A stretch of 64,000 nucleotides of DNA from a plasmid: NCBI RefSeq assembly GCF_058153355.1, contig NZ_JBLWLY010000002.1; one strand, 5' to 3'. The notes under the pieces were generated by a model, which was not told the DNA's origin, made no database searches, and was given only the letters and a program-made list of their open reading frames with translations. Both the position numbers and the translations under genes were made by a program. How positions within the stretch are numbered: the first letter of the stretch is position 1; every line of letters starts with the position of its first letter. This document shows, in pieces, positions 40,884-53,158 of the stretch.

Positions 40884-41257
40884 TGGCTGATGCATCAAAA
40901 CTTAAAACTAAAAGGACCCGTGGTGGGCTGGGGGTACCCCCGGGCCCCGACGAAGTGGCTACCAGCCTGAATGCGCCTGAAATAGCTCCGGCTGTCGCTG
41001 CCACTGATGTTCAGAGACAACAGGCAGACTCATCGCCAGTGCACCATGAGCCTGTGGTTACGCAAACAGTGACCGAGGCATATACCCGCCGCGATGGCCG
41101 TTCTGCCAGAAAGACAAACAGGACGCTGGCATTTGCAACACGTGTCACACCTGCTTTCGACCAAGAGATCCGGGATATCGCAGAGCGTGAGGGGTTGAAA
41201 CTGGTGGAAGTTCTGGAAAAAGCAGTTGAGGCATATAAGGAAAAACAGGGCTATTAA
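40883..41257 (+). CDS. Small partition adaptor protein (ParG/ParB-like, predicted C-terminal RHH), 124 aa
   Basis: Start overlaps the parA stop; C-terminal ..RTLAFATRVTPAFDQEIRDIAEREGLKLVEVLEKAVEAY is RHH-like. Confidence 0.55.
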   Translation: MADASKLKTKRTRGGLGVPPGPDEVATSLNAPEIAPAVAATDVQRQQADSSPVHHEPVVTQTVTEAYTRRDGRSARKTNRTLAFATRVTPAFDQEIRDIAEREGLKLVEVLEKAVEAYKEKQGY

Positions 41258-41264
41258 TCCGGGA

Positions 41265-41347
41265 TGCAGCAATCTTGCTGCATTCTTTTTTTTGTGCAAT
41301 CTTGCAGCAAGAATCATGCTAGATAAATGCTAGATTGCTGCAAGATA
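41265..41347. repeat. Second cluster of ATCTTGCTGCA-type repeats downstream of the type Ib par genes
   Basis: Three further copies of the same motif. Confidence 0.6.
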
Positions 41348-41357
41348 AATGATATGG

Positions 41358-41482
41358 TACTCAAATTGAGTAGTTAACTGCCCCCGTGAAGTACGCAGTT
41401 TGAGTACTTACCTGTGGTTTATGAACGTATTTACTTAATGTGAGTAGTTATTGGGCGAAGATGAACACTCAAATTGAGTATA
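41358..41482. repeat. parC-like iterons (TTGAGTA core, 4 copies) upstream of stbA/parM
   Basis: CTCAAATTGAGTA-type repeats spanning the promoter region and start of the actin-like ATPase gene. Confidence 0.5.
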
Positions 41483-41494
41483 AATGGAGATGGT

Positions 41495-42040
41495 ATGAAA
41501 ATTTTTTGCGATGATGGTTCTACAAATGTGAAACTTGCCTGGTTTGAAGGCAAGACGCTGAAAAGTGCGGTATCAGTGAACTCTTTTCGCCATAACTGGA
41601 AAGTCGAGGGCTTAGGCAGCAGTCGTACCTATAACTATCTGCTTGATGGCCGTAAATATACCTACGACCCGGTCAGCGAAGATGCGATCAGCACGACTCA
41701 TATTGAGTATCAGTACTCTGATACAAATGTGTTGGCAGTTCACCACGCATTACTGAACAGTGGAATTGAACCCCAGGAGATCGATCTCACCGTTACGTTA
41801 CCTATCAGCGAGTTTTACACGGCCGACTGCCAGAAAAATACGCTTAACATTGAGAGAAAAATTCGCAACCTGATGCGGGAAGTCACCCTGAACAAAGGGG
41901 GAACTTTTACCATTAAAAGCGTTGAAGTGATGCCTGAATCACTCCCGGCTGTATTTACTCGCCTAGTTGCTGACAATGTTGGTCAGTACGAAAAATCATT
42001 GGTTATCGATCTCGGTGGTACAACTCTGGATGTTAACTGC
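41495..42040 (+). pseudogene. stbA: Actin-like partition ATPase StbA/ParM (type II), 3'-truncated
   Basis: MKIFCDDGSTNVKLAW..NVLAVHHALL..ERKIRNLMREVTLNKGGTFTIKSVEVMPESLPA..IDLGGTTLD resembles R1 ParM; homology is lost where the adjacent IS fragment begins. Confidence 0.75.
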
Positions 42041-43260
42041 ATTATCAAGACAATTTCCCCGGCGAGACATACTCTGGACTATACCGCTATCCTTTAACCA
42101 TCGTTGCCACCGGGACATCTGATATTGCCAACCTTGATCGCTGTGCAGTATGGGGTGTTCATCTTTCGACAGCTGTTTCAGCGCATCCGTAAGCATAGTC
42201 TGCACCATTGAAGGTTGAGGGCGAGTAGCGAGGTTATAGGAAACTATTTCTCCATTATAAAGATCCATGATGGGCGACAAATACAGCTTCTTGCCATTCA
42301 CTTTAAATTCAGTGACATCTGTAACCCACTTCTCGTTGGGGCGTTTTGCATCAAAATTGCGTTTCAGGAGATTATCGCAAATTCGTCCTTGTTCTCCTTT
42401 ATATGAACGGTATTTTTTAACGCGGATCAGGCTGCTAATACCCAGTTCCTTCATCAGTTTTCTGACGGTTTTACCATTAAGTAAAACCCCCTCGTTACGA
42501 CATGCCAGCCTGATGCGTCTGTAACCATAGCGGCCTTTGTGCTGGTGATAAATTTTCAGCACAAGCGCTCTGGCAGACTGATACCGGTCAGGAGCAGCAA
42601 GCCGTCTGACATGATAGTAAAATGTACTCCGGGGCAGCCCGGAAACAATTAACAATCGGGACAATGGCCATTCCTGCCTTAGTTCATTCACAATGCTCAC
42701 TTTTTCCTGAACGTTGAGCATGTTTTCTGCTGAACCAAGGCTTTCAGCTTTTTTAAGTAGGCATTCTCGACCCTGAGTTGTTCAAGTTCTTCTCTCTCAT
42801 CTTTGGTTAATGTTGGTAGTGGTGGTGCTGAAATGGCGCTTTTATCCGGCACAGGAATACTCTTTTTATTTTTTCGAATGAAAGCATCTTCGCCATATTT
42901 TCTATATTTTTCAAGCCAGTTGCATACAGTACCAAAGGCTGGTATTCCGTGTTTTACCGCTACTTCACGAACAGAAAAACAGTCATCCACGACTTCTTTT
43001 ACTACTGTGAGTTTTAACTCAGCAGAATAGCGTCCTTTTTTACCTGTAAGTATGCTTATCCCATGTTCCCGATAGGCATAAGCCCATTTTCTTACTGTGC
43101 AGGGACTGATACCGTACATCCTTGCTACAGATTTCAGACTCAGCTCTCCCTCTAGGTACTTTTCTGATACTACCTTTTTGAACTCCAATGAAAACTTTTC
43201 CATGCATCCTCAGTTTTTGGTCTGGTGTCTAACCTTTGGGGCGCACTTCACAACTAGTGG
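41996..43260 (-). mobile_element. IS3-family element (IS150 group), 3'-truncated
   Basis: orfA (168 aa, ..LRVENAYLKKLKAL..) and a 241-aa orfB whose C-terminus runs into antisense stbA sequence; the outer boundary is approximate. Confidence 0.65.
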
Positions 43261-43269
43261 ACACCTGTT

Positions 43270-43689
43270 ATGGAACAGAAAGCATTATCCGCAGAACCCC
43301 GCAGATCATTTTCAAATGAGTTTAAACTTCAAATGGTTAAACTGGCTTCACAACCAGGAGCCTCTGTTGCCCGTATTGCCCGGGAACACGATATCAATGA
43401 TAACCTGCTGTTCAAATGGCTCAGGCTCTGGCAGAACGAAGGGCGCATATCGCGGCGTCTTCCGGTAACAACCTCTTCTGACACTGGCGTTGAATTATTA
43501 CCTGTGGAGATAACGCCGGATGAGCCGAAAGAACCGGTGGCTGCTCTTACTCCGTCTTTATCTACTCAGACTACAGTTAGTGCCAGCTCCTGCAAGGTGG
43601 AGTTCCGTCACGGTAACATGACGCTGGAAAATCCTTCACCAGAGCTGCTCACAGTGTTGCTCCGTGAACTGACCGGGAGGGGACGATGA
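43270..43689 (+). CDS. tnpA: IS66-family TnpA
   Basis: 139-aa ORF with N-terminal HTH-like region. Confidence 0.7.
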   Translation: MEQKALSAEPRRSFSNEFKLQMVKLASQPGASVARIAREHDINDNLLFKWLRLWQNEGRISRRLPVTTSSDTGVELLPVEITPDEPKEPVAALTPSLSTQTTVSASSCKVEFRHGNMTLENPSPELLTVLLRELTGRGR

Positions 43690-44036
43690 TCTCACTCCCG
43701 TCAGGCACCCGCATCTGGCTCGTTGCTGGGATAACCGATATGCGTAAGTCTTTCAACGGGCTGGGTGAACAGGTACAGCATGTGCTGAATGATAATCCCT
43801 TCTCCGGTCACCTGTTCATCTTCCGTGGCCGACGGGGTGACATGATTAAAATCCTGTGGGCTGATGCTGATGGTCTGTGCCTGTTCACCAGACGCCTGGA
43901 GGAAGGCCAGTTTATCTGGCCTGCTGTGCGTGACGGCAAGGTATCCATTACCCGCTCGCAACTGGCAATGCTCCTCGATAAGCTGGACTGGCGTCAGCCA
44001 AAAACATCCCGCCTTAACGCACAGACAATGTTGTAA
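43686..44036 (+). CDS. tnpB: IS66-family TnpB
   Basis: 116 aa, overlapping the tnpA stop, typical of IS66 TnpB. Confidence 0.75.
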   Translation: MISLPSGTRIWLVAGITDMRKSFNGLGEQVQHVLNDNPFSGHLFIFRGRRGDMIKILWADADGLCLFTRRLEEGQFIWPAVRDGKVSITRSQLAMLLDKLDWRQPKTSRLNAQTML

Positions 44037-44066
44037 AAATGTCATGGCCGGATTATAAAAACGGCC

Positions 44067-45658
44067 ATGAATCAAAAATACCTCATTCGCATTGCAGAAC
44101 TGGAATGCCAGCTCCGTCAGAAAGACCAGCAACTGAGTCTGGTTGAAGAGACGGAGGCCTTCCTGCGCTCTGCACTGGCCCGCGCCGAAGAAAAGATCGA
44201 AGAAGATGAACGGGAAATAGAACATCTGCGGGCTCAGATAGAAAAACTGCGCCGGATGCTGTTCGGTACCCGTTCTGAAAAACTGCGTCGTGAAGTTGAA
44301 CAGGCTGAGGCCCTGCTGAAACAACGCGAACAGGACAGTGATCGTTACAGTGGGCGGGAAGACGATCCGCAGGTTCCCCGCCAGTTGCGACAGTCTCGTC
44401 ATCGTCGCCCGTTACCGGAGCATCTGCCCCGCGAAATAAATCGCCTGGAGCCAGAAGAAAGCTGTTGCCCGGAGTGTGGCGGTGAGCTGGATTATCTGGG
44501 GGAAGTCAGCGCAGAACAACTGGAACTGGTGAGCAGCGCTCTGAAAGTGATCCGCACAGAACGGGTAAAAAAAGCCTGTACAAAATGTGACTGCATCGTT
44601 GAAGCACCGGCACCATCCCGTCCGATAGAGCGTGGTATCGCGGGCCCGGGGTTACTTGCCCGCGTGTTAACGGGAAAATACTGCGAACACCTGCCACTGT
44701 ATCGTCAGAGTGAAATTTTTGCCCGTCAGGGTGTCGAACTGAGCCGTGCATTACTCTCCAACTGGGTTGACGCGAGCTGCCAGTTAATGACGTCGCTGAA
44801 TGATGCCCTGTACCGTTATGTGATGAACAGCCGCAAAGTTCACACTGATGACACACCAGTAAAAGTGCTGGCACCGGGCAGGAAGAAGGCGAAAACAGGA
44901 TATATCTGGACGTATGTCCGGGATGACAGGAATGCCGGTTCGCCAGAGCCTCCGGCGGTCTGGTTCGCCTACTCACCGGACCATCAGGGTAAACATCCGG
45001 AGCAGCACCTTAGTCCCTTCCGGGGTATCCTGCAGGCAGATGCGTTTAATGGTTACGATCGGCTGTTCAGTGCCGAACGAGAAGGCGGCGCGTTGACGGA
45101 AGCAGGATGCTGGGCTCATGCGCGGCGCAAAGTCCACGATGTATATATCAGTACCAAAAGCGCGACAGCGGAAGAAGCACTGAAACTAATCGGTGAGCTG
45201 TACGCCATCGAGCACGAAATACGCGGGTTGCCGGTGTCTGAACGCCTGGCGGTCAGGCAAATGCAGAGTAAACCGCTACTGACTTCCCTGTATAAGCTGA
45301 TGCAGAGAAAGAACACACGTTATCGAAAAAATGCCGTCTGAGAGATGCGTTCCGGTATATCAGGAAGCACTGGGTTGTGTTGTGCAATTTCAGTGATGAT
45401 GGTCTGGCTGAGGCGGATAATAATGCCGCGGAAAGAGCGCTTCGTGCAGTCTGTCTCGGAAAGAAAAACTTTATGTTCTTCGGCAGCGATCACGGTGGAG
45501 AGCGTGGTGCGCTACTGTACGGGCTGACCGGCACCTGCCGACTGAACGGTATCGATCCGGAAGCGTATCTGCGCCATATCCTGAGCGTACTGCCGGAATG
45601 GCCTTCCAACCGTGTTGACGAACTCCTGCCATGGAACGTAGCACTCACCAATAAATAA
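44067..45658 (+). pseudogene. tnpC: IS66-family TnpC transposase, interrupted around 45340
   Basis: 424-aa N-terminal ORF with a zinc-finger-like CxxC..CxxC plus a 93-aa C-terminal ORF in another frame. Confidence 0.7.
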
Positions 45659-47206
45659 GCGTCAATACGGTGCTCCGTTGACGCTGATATGACTTTCCGT
45701 GTCAAACCGGAATCTCTAATTTTGACGATTTTCTTTTTAGGTTTAATTCCCTGAGGGCGACGTAGCAGTAAATCCGACGGTGAATCACGCTGATATTCGC
45801 GGGTTGGATACCGCATTACAGAGGTCCGTCATATGAGCCTGCCACTTTCTTACGTCGCGAATCAGCTTTGTTCCGCCGTCGCCAAGCGCTAACGTGGGTT
45901 ACTCTTGTACCGGGCTACGTCGCCTTCAGGGAACTGGTTATTCTCATTTTTTATTTGTGACATTGTGGTTGTTGTGCGACAGACATTGCTATTCGGCCCA
46001 TATCCCAGATAAAACCCGCCAGCTCACGTGCAACAGCAACAATTGTAATATTGACATTCTTTCCTTTGGCCTGAAGTTTTCGATACCTCTTACAAAGCCT
46101 GAGTTGAGCATCCCATGCTCTGTCAATGACGGGGCGGGGTAAATTTTCCTGCCTTTTTTGTATTGCCGGACTGATGCGTGCCGGATGACGGTAACTCCAC
46201 GCTGCCTCGACCAATAGCTTTCTGGCATAGCTGTTTCCGGCTTTGGTAATGCTGCCCTGATGTCTGCTTCCACCCGATGAATATTCTGATGGCGTGATAC
46301 CAAACCATGACATCAGTTGTCGTGGATGTTCAAAACGGGTCAGATCACCCAGTTCAGAAATTAATCCAACCGCAGTAATAAACTGAATCCCTCGCATGGC
46401 TTGCAGCGCCTCTACTACCGGATACAGCCTCCATTCGGTAACGGCCTCCTTCAGGGCGGATTCCAGCCGTTCACATTGTGCCTGCCGGTCTTCTATTGTA
46501 CGACGGTGTTCGTCAAAAGCTAATTGTCGCCAGGGACTTTCGAATGAGTATTTGCTGAGCCAGCGTCGGTGTGCAGGGCCCCAATCTGCTCGCCCGACAT
46601 AATGGACCCCATGAACCAGAAGAAACGATTTCAGACGTTGCCTTGCATGCCGTAAATCATCGCGGGCAGATGCCCATGCCCGGGCCAAATCCCGGAATGC
46701 CTCATCTTCAATGCCGGGTACGTAGACAGCAGAAAGATCTCCTGCACGCAGTGAACGCACAAGTCTGATGGCATCACGGCGATCGGTTTTAACCCGCTCC
46801 CCCGGTTTTTTCGGGATAAGTGAGGGGGCGCAGACCATGCAGTCAAAACCGGATTTCACCAGCCGACGATAAAGTCCATAACCACAGGGCCCCGCTTCAT
46901 AAACGATACTGACCTGCGATGACTTTGACCTGAGACGTTTACAAAGATTCTGAATATCAGTAGGTGATGTGCCAATTTTACCCATCAGTTCAACAGGTTC
47001 TGAATTGATAGCATAAGCGACAGTAATCGATTCTTTGTGAACATCTAACCCGACGTACAATGTGTTATTGTTGTTCATGCTGGCCTCCGTGGTGGAAATA
47101 CCGGGGTGTAGCAACAGCTCACCCATGCGGCTCTGACAACGATGTTAACCCGCGTTAAATATCCCACGTTGGCCAGCATCTGTCTCACGGAAAGTCATAC
47201 TGCCTT
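45357..47206. repeat. Large inverted repeat, copy A (IS66 tnpC 3' end plus IS110-family element), about 1.85 kb
   Basis: Near-identical inverted copy at 59802-61625; all embedded ORFs are identical between the copies. Confidence 0.85.
45951..47126 (-). CDS. IS110-family (DEDD) transposase
   Basis: ..LYVGLDVHKESITVAY.. N-terminal motif typical of IS110-family transposases; the likely start is the internal MNNNN at 47078. Confidence 0.8.
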   Translation of the reverse strand: MGELLLHPGISTTEASMNNNNTLYVGLDVHKESITVAYAINSEPVELMGKIGTSPTDIQNLCKRLRSKSSQVSIVYEAGPCGYGLYRRLVKSGFDCMVCAPSLIPKKPGERVKTDRRDAIRLVRSLRAGDLSAVYVPGIEDEAFRDLARAWASARDDLRHARQRLKSFLLVHGVHYVGRADWGPAHRRWLSKYSFESPWRQLAFDEHRRTIEDRQAQCERLESALKEAVTEWRLYPVVEALQAMRGIQFITAVGLISELGDLTRFEHPRQLMSWFGITPSEYSSGGSRHQGSITKAGNSYARKLLVEAAWSYRHPARISPAIQKRQENLPRPVIDRAWDAQLRLCKRYRKLQAKGKNVNITIVAVARELAGFIWDMGRIAMSVAQQPQCHK

Positions 47207-47264
47207 ACCAGAATTCTGAATGTTCTCCACAAAATTATAAACAGGCACCTTACATTGCATAAGA

Positions 47265-48269
47265 TTAGTGAACAATAAACTCCAAAACTGCATTGCCTAC
47301 AATATGTCCGGGAATTACCTGCCCACCTACTTTTAACTTGCTTGATACTACAAAATCTCTTATCTCATTTCCTTGCATATCAATATCTATATTTGCTTTA
47401 TCATTAATAGCAACTAAACACTCTAAATTAGAACCGCATGGAACTAAAACCCCATCATTTTGGACCTGTCCACCTAATATTTTCAAAGATACTTTGGATG
47501 AATAGTTACAATTGACACGAGCATTTTTGCTTATTTTTCTGTCATGGACAATATCAGCAGAAATGTTACCATAGTCAAGTTCAATGTTTTTGGTACTAAT
47601 ATCACACTTACTATTAACTGTAATGTTTGTGTTAACATTAAAACGACTTCCACTTTCGTTTGCGCGAGCAAACCAGTTTTTGCCTAAAACTCCGGGTGTA
47701 AATTGACTATAAAAATGTTCATACATTCCGATAGTTAAGGGGATTGTTACATTATAAACCCCTGGCCAAGTATTTTTGCGATCTATAGAAAACGGAATTG
47801 TAATATTGGTTACAGGAAGAGGGATCGGACTATTAGACATACTTCCTGCTGGAGAACAAGTAGCTTCTCCTGTAGACATTTTTCGTTCTGATACATATCC
47901 CCCGTAATATCCAAGAGGAATATTACTCTCATCATACATTGTAGGGGAAGCGGTCAACTTCTGAAAAGTAAAGGCTAATCCCTCGGCGGATACCCAGTTT
48001 TTAGGATAAGCCAAATATAAAACGCGGTCTGCCTCAACACCTGATATTTTATCTATTGAACACCAAGAGTCTATTTTCATTGCCGAAAAATTTGTTGGCG
48101 TTGTAATTTTAATTTCTCCTTTATTAGTATCATCTGTAATAACTACAGGAGTTGATGTAAGGGACAGTCCTGCATTTGGTGTCCCCCATAGCATTTCAAT
48201 TCTTTGAGTTCCAATAGCACATTTACTTACTAAAGATAATCCAAGATACGCAACAAATAATTTTCTCAT
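47265..48269 (-). CDS. Fimbrial adhesin-like protein (two-domain tip adhesin candidate)
   Basis: Signal peptide MRKLFVAYLGLSLVSKCAIG, Ser/Thr/Asn-rich beta-type sequence, about 334 aa; start taken at the internal Met. Confidence 0.5.
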   Translation of the reverse strand: MRKLFVAYLGLSLVSKCAIGTQRIEMLWGTPNAGLSLTSTPVVITDDTNKGEIKITTPTNFSAMKIDSWCSIDKISGVEADRVLYLAYPKNWVSAEGLAFTFQKLTASPTMYDESNIPLGYYGGYVSERKMSTGEATCSPAGSMSNSPIPLPVTNITIPFSIDRKNTWPGVYNVTIPLTIGMYEHFYSQFTPGVLGKNWFARANESGSRFNVNTNITVNSKCDISTKNIELDYGNISADIVHDRKISKNARVNCNYSSKVSLKILGGQVQNDGVLVPCGSNLECLVAINDKANIDIDMQGNEIRDFVVSSKLKVGGQVIPGHIVGNAVLEFIVH

Positions 48270-49277
48270 GTTCTGTACTAACGCCTCTTTGTTTACTGTT
48301 TCTGTTTTTCTAAAATCAACGAGTAAATACAATTTTGTATTTGTTTTATTGCAACGTTACTATAAGATTAACCGTTCTGAATTTATACTTCACATTTTTA
48401 CTTAACGACTAATTATACATAATTAGTCGTTACCATCTTGATTTTTAAAAATATATTTCTGCTTTGTTAAAGCTTGTGCTGAAAAACACCAGGCTTCATA
48501 TTTAGTGAGGACAAACAGTTTATTTAAAATTCTTTGTTTTCTCCTAAATCTATTTTCAATAAGATAATTGTGAACCACGGTTTAATATAGTGTTTAGTTG
48601 ATATCAGGTTGTGTCTATAATTAATTTTATTATCTAATGGTTAACTTTATCAAGTTTTATAAGGAAATCTAACCTCATTGAAAGACACAAAACACTATGT
48701 GCTCTTTATACTCGTATAATTCGAGATGAATTATTTCAGCATTCTGATATTGGAACTATAATTGGTGTATTTGTGTTTTTTTATAAAAGCACTTATCCTT
48801 TATATTAACCATTTTTATAAGTGAGAACATATCATGCGATTTTTAGTTAAATATTGATATATTCTGGTATCTTCCACCAGAGAGTATATTTTAATAATAG
48901 TATGATGTTTTATATGCATAAAACATCAAAAACATTAACTTAGTTATTAGTTGCTTATTGGATTTAAGTATTAGAATGACATTCTCCAGATTATATGTAA
49001 TGAACTGAAAAATACAGCATTATGTTACTCTACGGTAGAGGAGACAGAAATCCCTTATTCAAAGGGTGAACCTTAATTGGACTAATTCATAAATTGCATG
49101 TAATGAACATCCGCAAATGCATATAGATCTACGTCTAGCATGGCCATGCCGCCAGTTTATCAGTTTTATATGAACGCATCCTGTTTGCAAGGTTTCCGTT
49201 GTTTTGACTCTGACGGGGAGGTTGCAGCTTTATAGCTGGCTTTTTGCAGCCATAAAGCTGCTAGCCCCTATGTAATT

Positions 49278-50512
49278 TGATCTTACCCACGTAATATGGA
49301 CACCGCCCTAAGCGAGGTTCTGGTTTTCAAATTGTTCAGGACTGAGACCGCCACACCAACTGTGCCGTCGCCAGCGATTGTAATCACATTCGATATAATT
49401 AAATACCGTTGCCCGCATTGTTTCCCGGCTGATAATGTGTTCTCCGTGGATACATTCCACGAAAGAAGCTTTCCACGCAGGCATTATCGTAACAGCAGCC
49501 CTTTGCGCTCATACTGCCACGCAGATTATGCCGCTTCAGCAGCGCCTGATAATCTGCTGAACAGTACTGGCCTCCACGGTCCGTGTGAACAATAACGTTC
49601 CGGGGGCTCTTACGCCGCCACAGCGCCATCCGCAGGGCATCGCAGGCCAGTTGCGCCGTCATGCGTGGTGACATTGACCAGCCAATAACGGCACGTGACC
49701 ACTGCCAGATACAGCCAGCCTTCATCACGTACGTAAGTACGTGATGTCTCCCGCCCACTTCTGGTTCGGACCACTGGCGTAAAAATCCTGCTCCAGCAGA
49801 TTTTCTGACACAGGCAGGCCATGTGCGCGGTAACTGACCGGGCTGAACTTCCGGGAGGCCTTTGCCCTCAGCCCCTGACGGCGCAGGCTTGCCGCCACGG
49901 TTTTTACGTTAAGGTGGTAACCCTGAGCACGCAGTTCATCCGTCAGGCGTGGTGCACCGTAACGCTGTTTTGACCGGGTAAAGGCCGCGAGGACAACGCT
50001 GTCGCAGTGCTGACGGAACTGCTGACGAGGGCTTATCCCTGTCCGCCGCTGACACCACGTATACCAGCCGCTGCGGGCCACCCGGAGCACGCGGCACATT
50101 GCCTTGATGCTGAACTCAGCCTGATGTTTTTCAATAAAGAAATACTTCATTTCAGGCGCTTCGTAAAGTATGTCGCGGCCTTTTGGAGGATAGCCAGTTC
50201 CTCTGCCTGCTCCGCCAGTTGCCGCTTCAGGCGGGCATTTTCAGCGGCCAGTTCACTTTCACGCTCAGACGAGCGTCATCTGTTGCTGCAGTTTGCTGCG
50301 CCACGCATAGAGCTGAGATTCATACAGGCTGAGTTCACGGGCTGCGGCAGCAACACCGATGCGTTCAGCAAGCTTCAGGGCTTCACTGCGAAATTCAGGC
50401 GAATGCTGTTTACGTGTTTTTTTGCTGGTTGATACTGTTTTTGTCATGTGAGTCACCTCTGACTGAGAGTTTACTCACTTAGCCGCGTGTCCACTATTGC
50501 TGGGTAAGATCA
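49278..50512 (-). mobile_element. IS3, full-length but degenerate copy (orfA and orfB frameshifted)
   Basis: Both IS3 termini are present; orfB is split into 141-aa and 119-aa ORFs and orfA is truncated at 63 aa. Confidence 0.8.
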
Positions 50513-50513
50513 A

Positions 50514-50590
50514 CAGACGGCACGAAGGGCTCTTTCCGCTGTGTTATTGTATGTCTCCGCCAGACCGTCATCACTGTAATAACTGATTAT
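50514..50590 (-). mobile_element. IS66-family tnpC remnant (about 75 bp)
   Basis: GACGGCACGAAGGGCTCTTTCCGC..CATCACTGTAATAAC is shared with the fragment at 3880-3960. Confidence 0.45.
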
Positions 50591-51229
50591 CGCCCAGTTT
50601 AGGAGATGTTGTGACGTCCTGTTCACCATAATGCGCGATGGGGATTTTTATACCCCCTATAGTGTCATAAATATGCTTGACAACTTAATAATTCCCAGAC
50701 ATATATGGAGCTAGTTCTCGGGCTACAATAAGTTTTTATTCTTAAATAGAGCCAAACTTATATTCCTGAGTAAAAGCATCTTTGCCTGATTTTATCAGTC
50801 GCTACATCAGGCAAAGAATGGTTATGGCTAAGAAGCCCGTTTGTGGGATTTTAAGATGAAATCGCATATATTCAACTTTAATACATAACAAAAATGTCTT
50901 TTTTGTAGACAAACTTTCTTAATAAGATAATAAGTAATGGGAAAGTAAAGAGCTTTACCAACATCAGCACCAATAATGAAGGGAGTTGATTTGTAATTGC
51001 TGAATTTGCTTATTCAGCATTATTGTTTATATGGGCTTGTAGTGATTTACTGAACTTAGCCACCGAAACAGAGGTGATATGCTCACCTTAGAAAAATACA
51101 GGTGTACCAATGAAAAGAAGAAATTTTAGTCCTGAATTCAAACATGTAAATTTGCCCCTAGCTAGGGAATATTCCTTGCTGTGGACATCTCTAAATAAGC
51201 GTTCCAAATAGTAGAGCCTTTTAAGGGAA

Positions 51230-52320
51230 CTCTGCCCGGATTGTGCAATCTGATCAATCGTCAAAAAGAAACAAACCACCAACCGGACTGAACGATGACA
51301 ATCATAGCACCAATACCCCGTGACGAACGAGGCCTGATGCAGAAAGCTATCCACAAAACGTGTGATGAAAATCATACCCGTAGGCTCACGGCTATGCTGA
51401 TGCTGCATCGGGGGGAGCGGGTCAGCGATGTTGCCAGAACTCTCTATTGTGCCCGTTCATCCATTGGCCGTTTACGCTGTCAGGTGTTGAAAGCCTTAAG
51501 TCATTACCGTCAGGGCGAGGGAGACGCTGGCCGTTTGAACATATTTGCGCGTTGCTGCTTGAGCTTGTTAAGCATTCTCCTGGCGATTTGGGTTATCAGC
51601 CTTCCTGCTGGAGTACCTAACTGTTGGCAATAAAAATCCGCGATATCACCGGTTGTCCGATACATACTTCAACCATCCGGAGATGGTTTGCCGGACTGGT
51701 ATGGCGCAGGGCAGCACCAACACTGCGTATCCGGGACCCGAATAAGGAAGAAAAGATGGCAGCGATTAATGTGGCCTTAGCCAGTTGTAGCACAGAACCC
51801 CCGGTGTTTTACGAAGTTGAAGTCGATATCCATCTCAATCCCAAAATCGGCGCTGACTGGCAGTTACGCGGGCAGCAGAAACGGGTTGCCACGCCGGGGC
51901 AGAACGAAAAGTATTATCTGGCTGGGGCGTTGTACAGCAGAACGGGCAAAGTCTGTTATGTAGGCGGCAACAGCCAAAGCTCAACCTTATTTATCAGTCT
52001 GTTGAAACACTTGAAGGCAACGTACCGGCAGGCCCAAACGATTACGCTCATTGTTGATAATTACATCATCCACAAAAGCCGTGAAGCGTTGCGCTGGCTG
52101 AAGGAGAATCCGAAGTTCAGGGTCATTTATCAGCCGGTTTACTCGCCGTGGGTCAATCGTGTCGAACGGCTGTGGCAGGCACATCATGAAACAATAACCT
52201 GCAATCACCAGTGTCGCTCAATGTGGCAACTGGTGAAAAAGGTACGTCACTTTATGAACACCATCAGCCTGTTCCCCGGTGGACATCATGGGCTGGTCAA
52301 AGTGTAGCGGTATTAGGATC
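51230..52320 (+). mobile_element. IS630-family element with a split transposase; left boundary approximate
   Basis: 112-aa plus 227-aa ORFs overlapping at 51624-51633 together resemble a roughly 340-aa IS630 transposase; right terminus ..GTGTAGCGGTATTAGGATC. Confidence 0.7.
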
Positions 52321-52348
52321 ATTTATTTATTTATTTATTTATTTATTT
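52321..52348. repeat. (ATTT)7 microsatellite
   Basis: Seven perfect tetranucleotide units immediately after the IS630 end, about 200 bp upstream of the fimbrial major subunit gene. Confidence 0.9.
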
Positions 52349-52549
52349 AGTTATGTTGGAGTTATTCTTTTAATAGATCTAATTAAATAAAACTTTAGAG
52401 ATTAAACTAATCTCTTTTTATAGGAGGCATGGATGAAAGTATCATTTTATTGTAAGTATTGTTTAACTTCAATGGAGGGGATTATATGCATATGAACATA
52501 CTTACCTGTAAATTTTGGTAAAGTCGACATCAAAATAATAGGAGGAGTT

Positions 52550-53083
52550 ATGGGGATAAAAAAAAATCTTATAATTGCATTATTTACAATGTCAATGTTT
52601 ACTTTTGGAGTTAATGCTAAAAATCAAGGGCAAGGGATTATTAATTTCAAAGGAGTTGTGATTGATGCGCCTTGTGGTATTGCACCCGAATCTGTGGATC
52701 AATCTATTAATTTTGGCCAAATTTCTAAAGCACATTTAAGTGCTTCTGGTATTTCCATAAAGAAAAATTTAGACATCAAATTGATTAACTGTGATGCTGC
52801 TACGCTAACTGGTGGTGGTGGAGTAAAAGTAGCCTTTTTAGGCACCATTATTAATGGGCTGCTTAACGAACTGGGAACCGTTGGTGATACAGGCACTGCG
52901 ATTGTAGTTTCTGAAGCTAGCGGTAAACTGGCTTCCTTCGATGGTACTGCAGGAGTCGTAACTAAGCTTCAGGAAGGCAATAATACTTTGCGATACAGAA
53001 CATGGGTTAAAAAAGCAACTGGTGGTGTCCTTAAAGAAGGGGATTTTTCTGCTGTTGTCAACTTTAACTTGATTTACGAGTAA
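52550..53083 (+). CDS. Fimbrial major subunit (pilin)
   Basis: 177 aa, signal peptide, Cys pair, C-terminal ..VNFNLIYE donor-strand-type motif. Confidence 0.8.
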   Translation: MGIKKNLIIALFTMSMFTFGVNAKNQGQGIINFKGVVIDAPCGIAPESVDQSINFGQISKAHLSASGISIKKNLDIKLINCDAATLTGGGGVKVAFLGTIINGLLNELGTVGDTGTAIVVSEASGKLASFDGTAGVVTKLQEGNNTLRYRTWVKKATGGVLKEGDFSAVVNFNLIYE

Positions 53084-53158
53084 CTATCTCTGGTCTTTAA
53101 TTATATATGCAGAGCATATACTTTATTGCATGTGTGGCGAAAATGATAAGGAATATAC

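Larger units (their letters stand above)
43261..45720 (+). mobile_element. IS66-family element (tnpA, tnpB, tnpC with tnpC interrupted); boundaries approximate
   Basis: Three-gene IS66 architecture: 139-aa TnpA, 116-aa TnpB, then TnpC split into 424-aa and 93-aa ORFs. Confidence 0.7.
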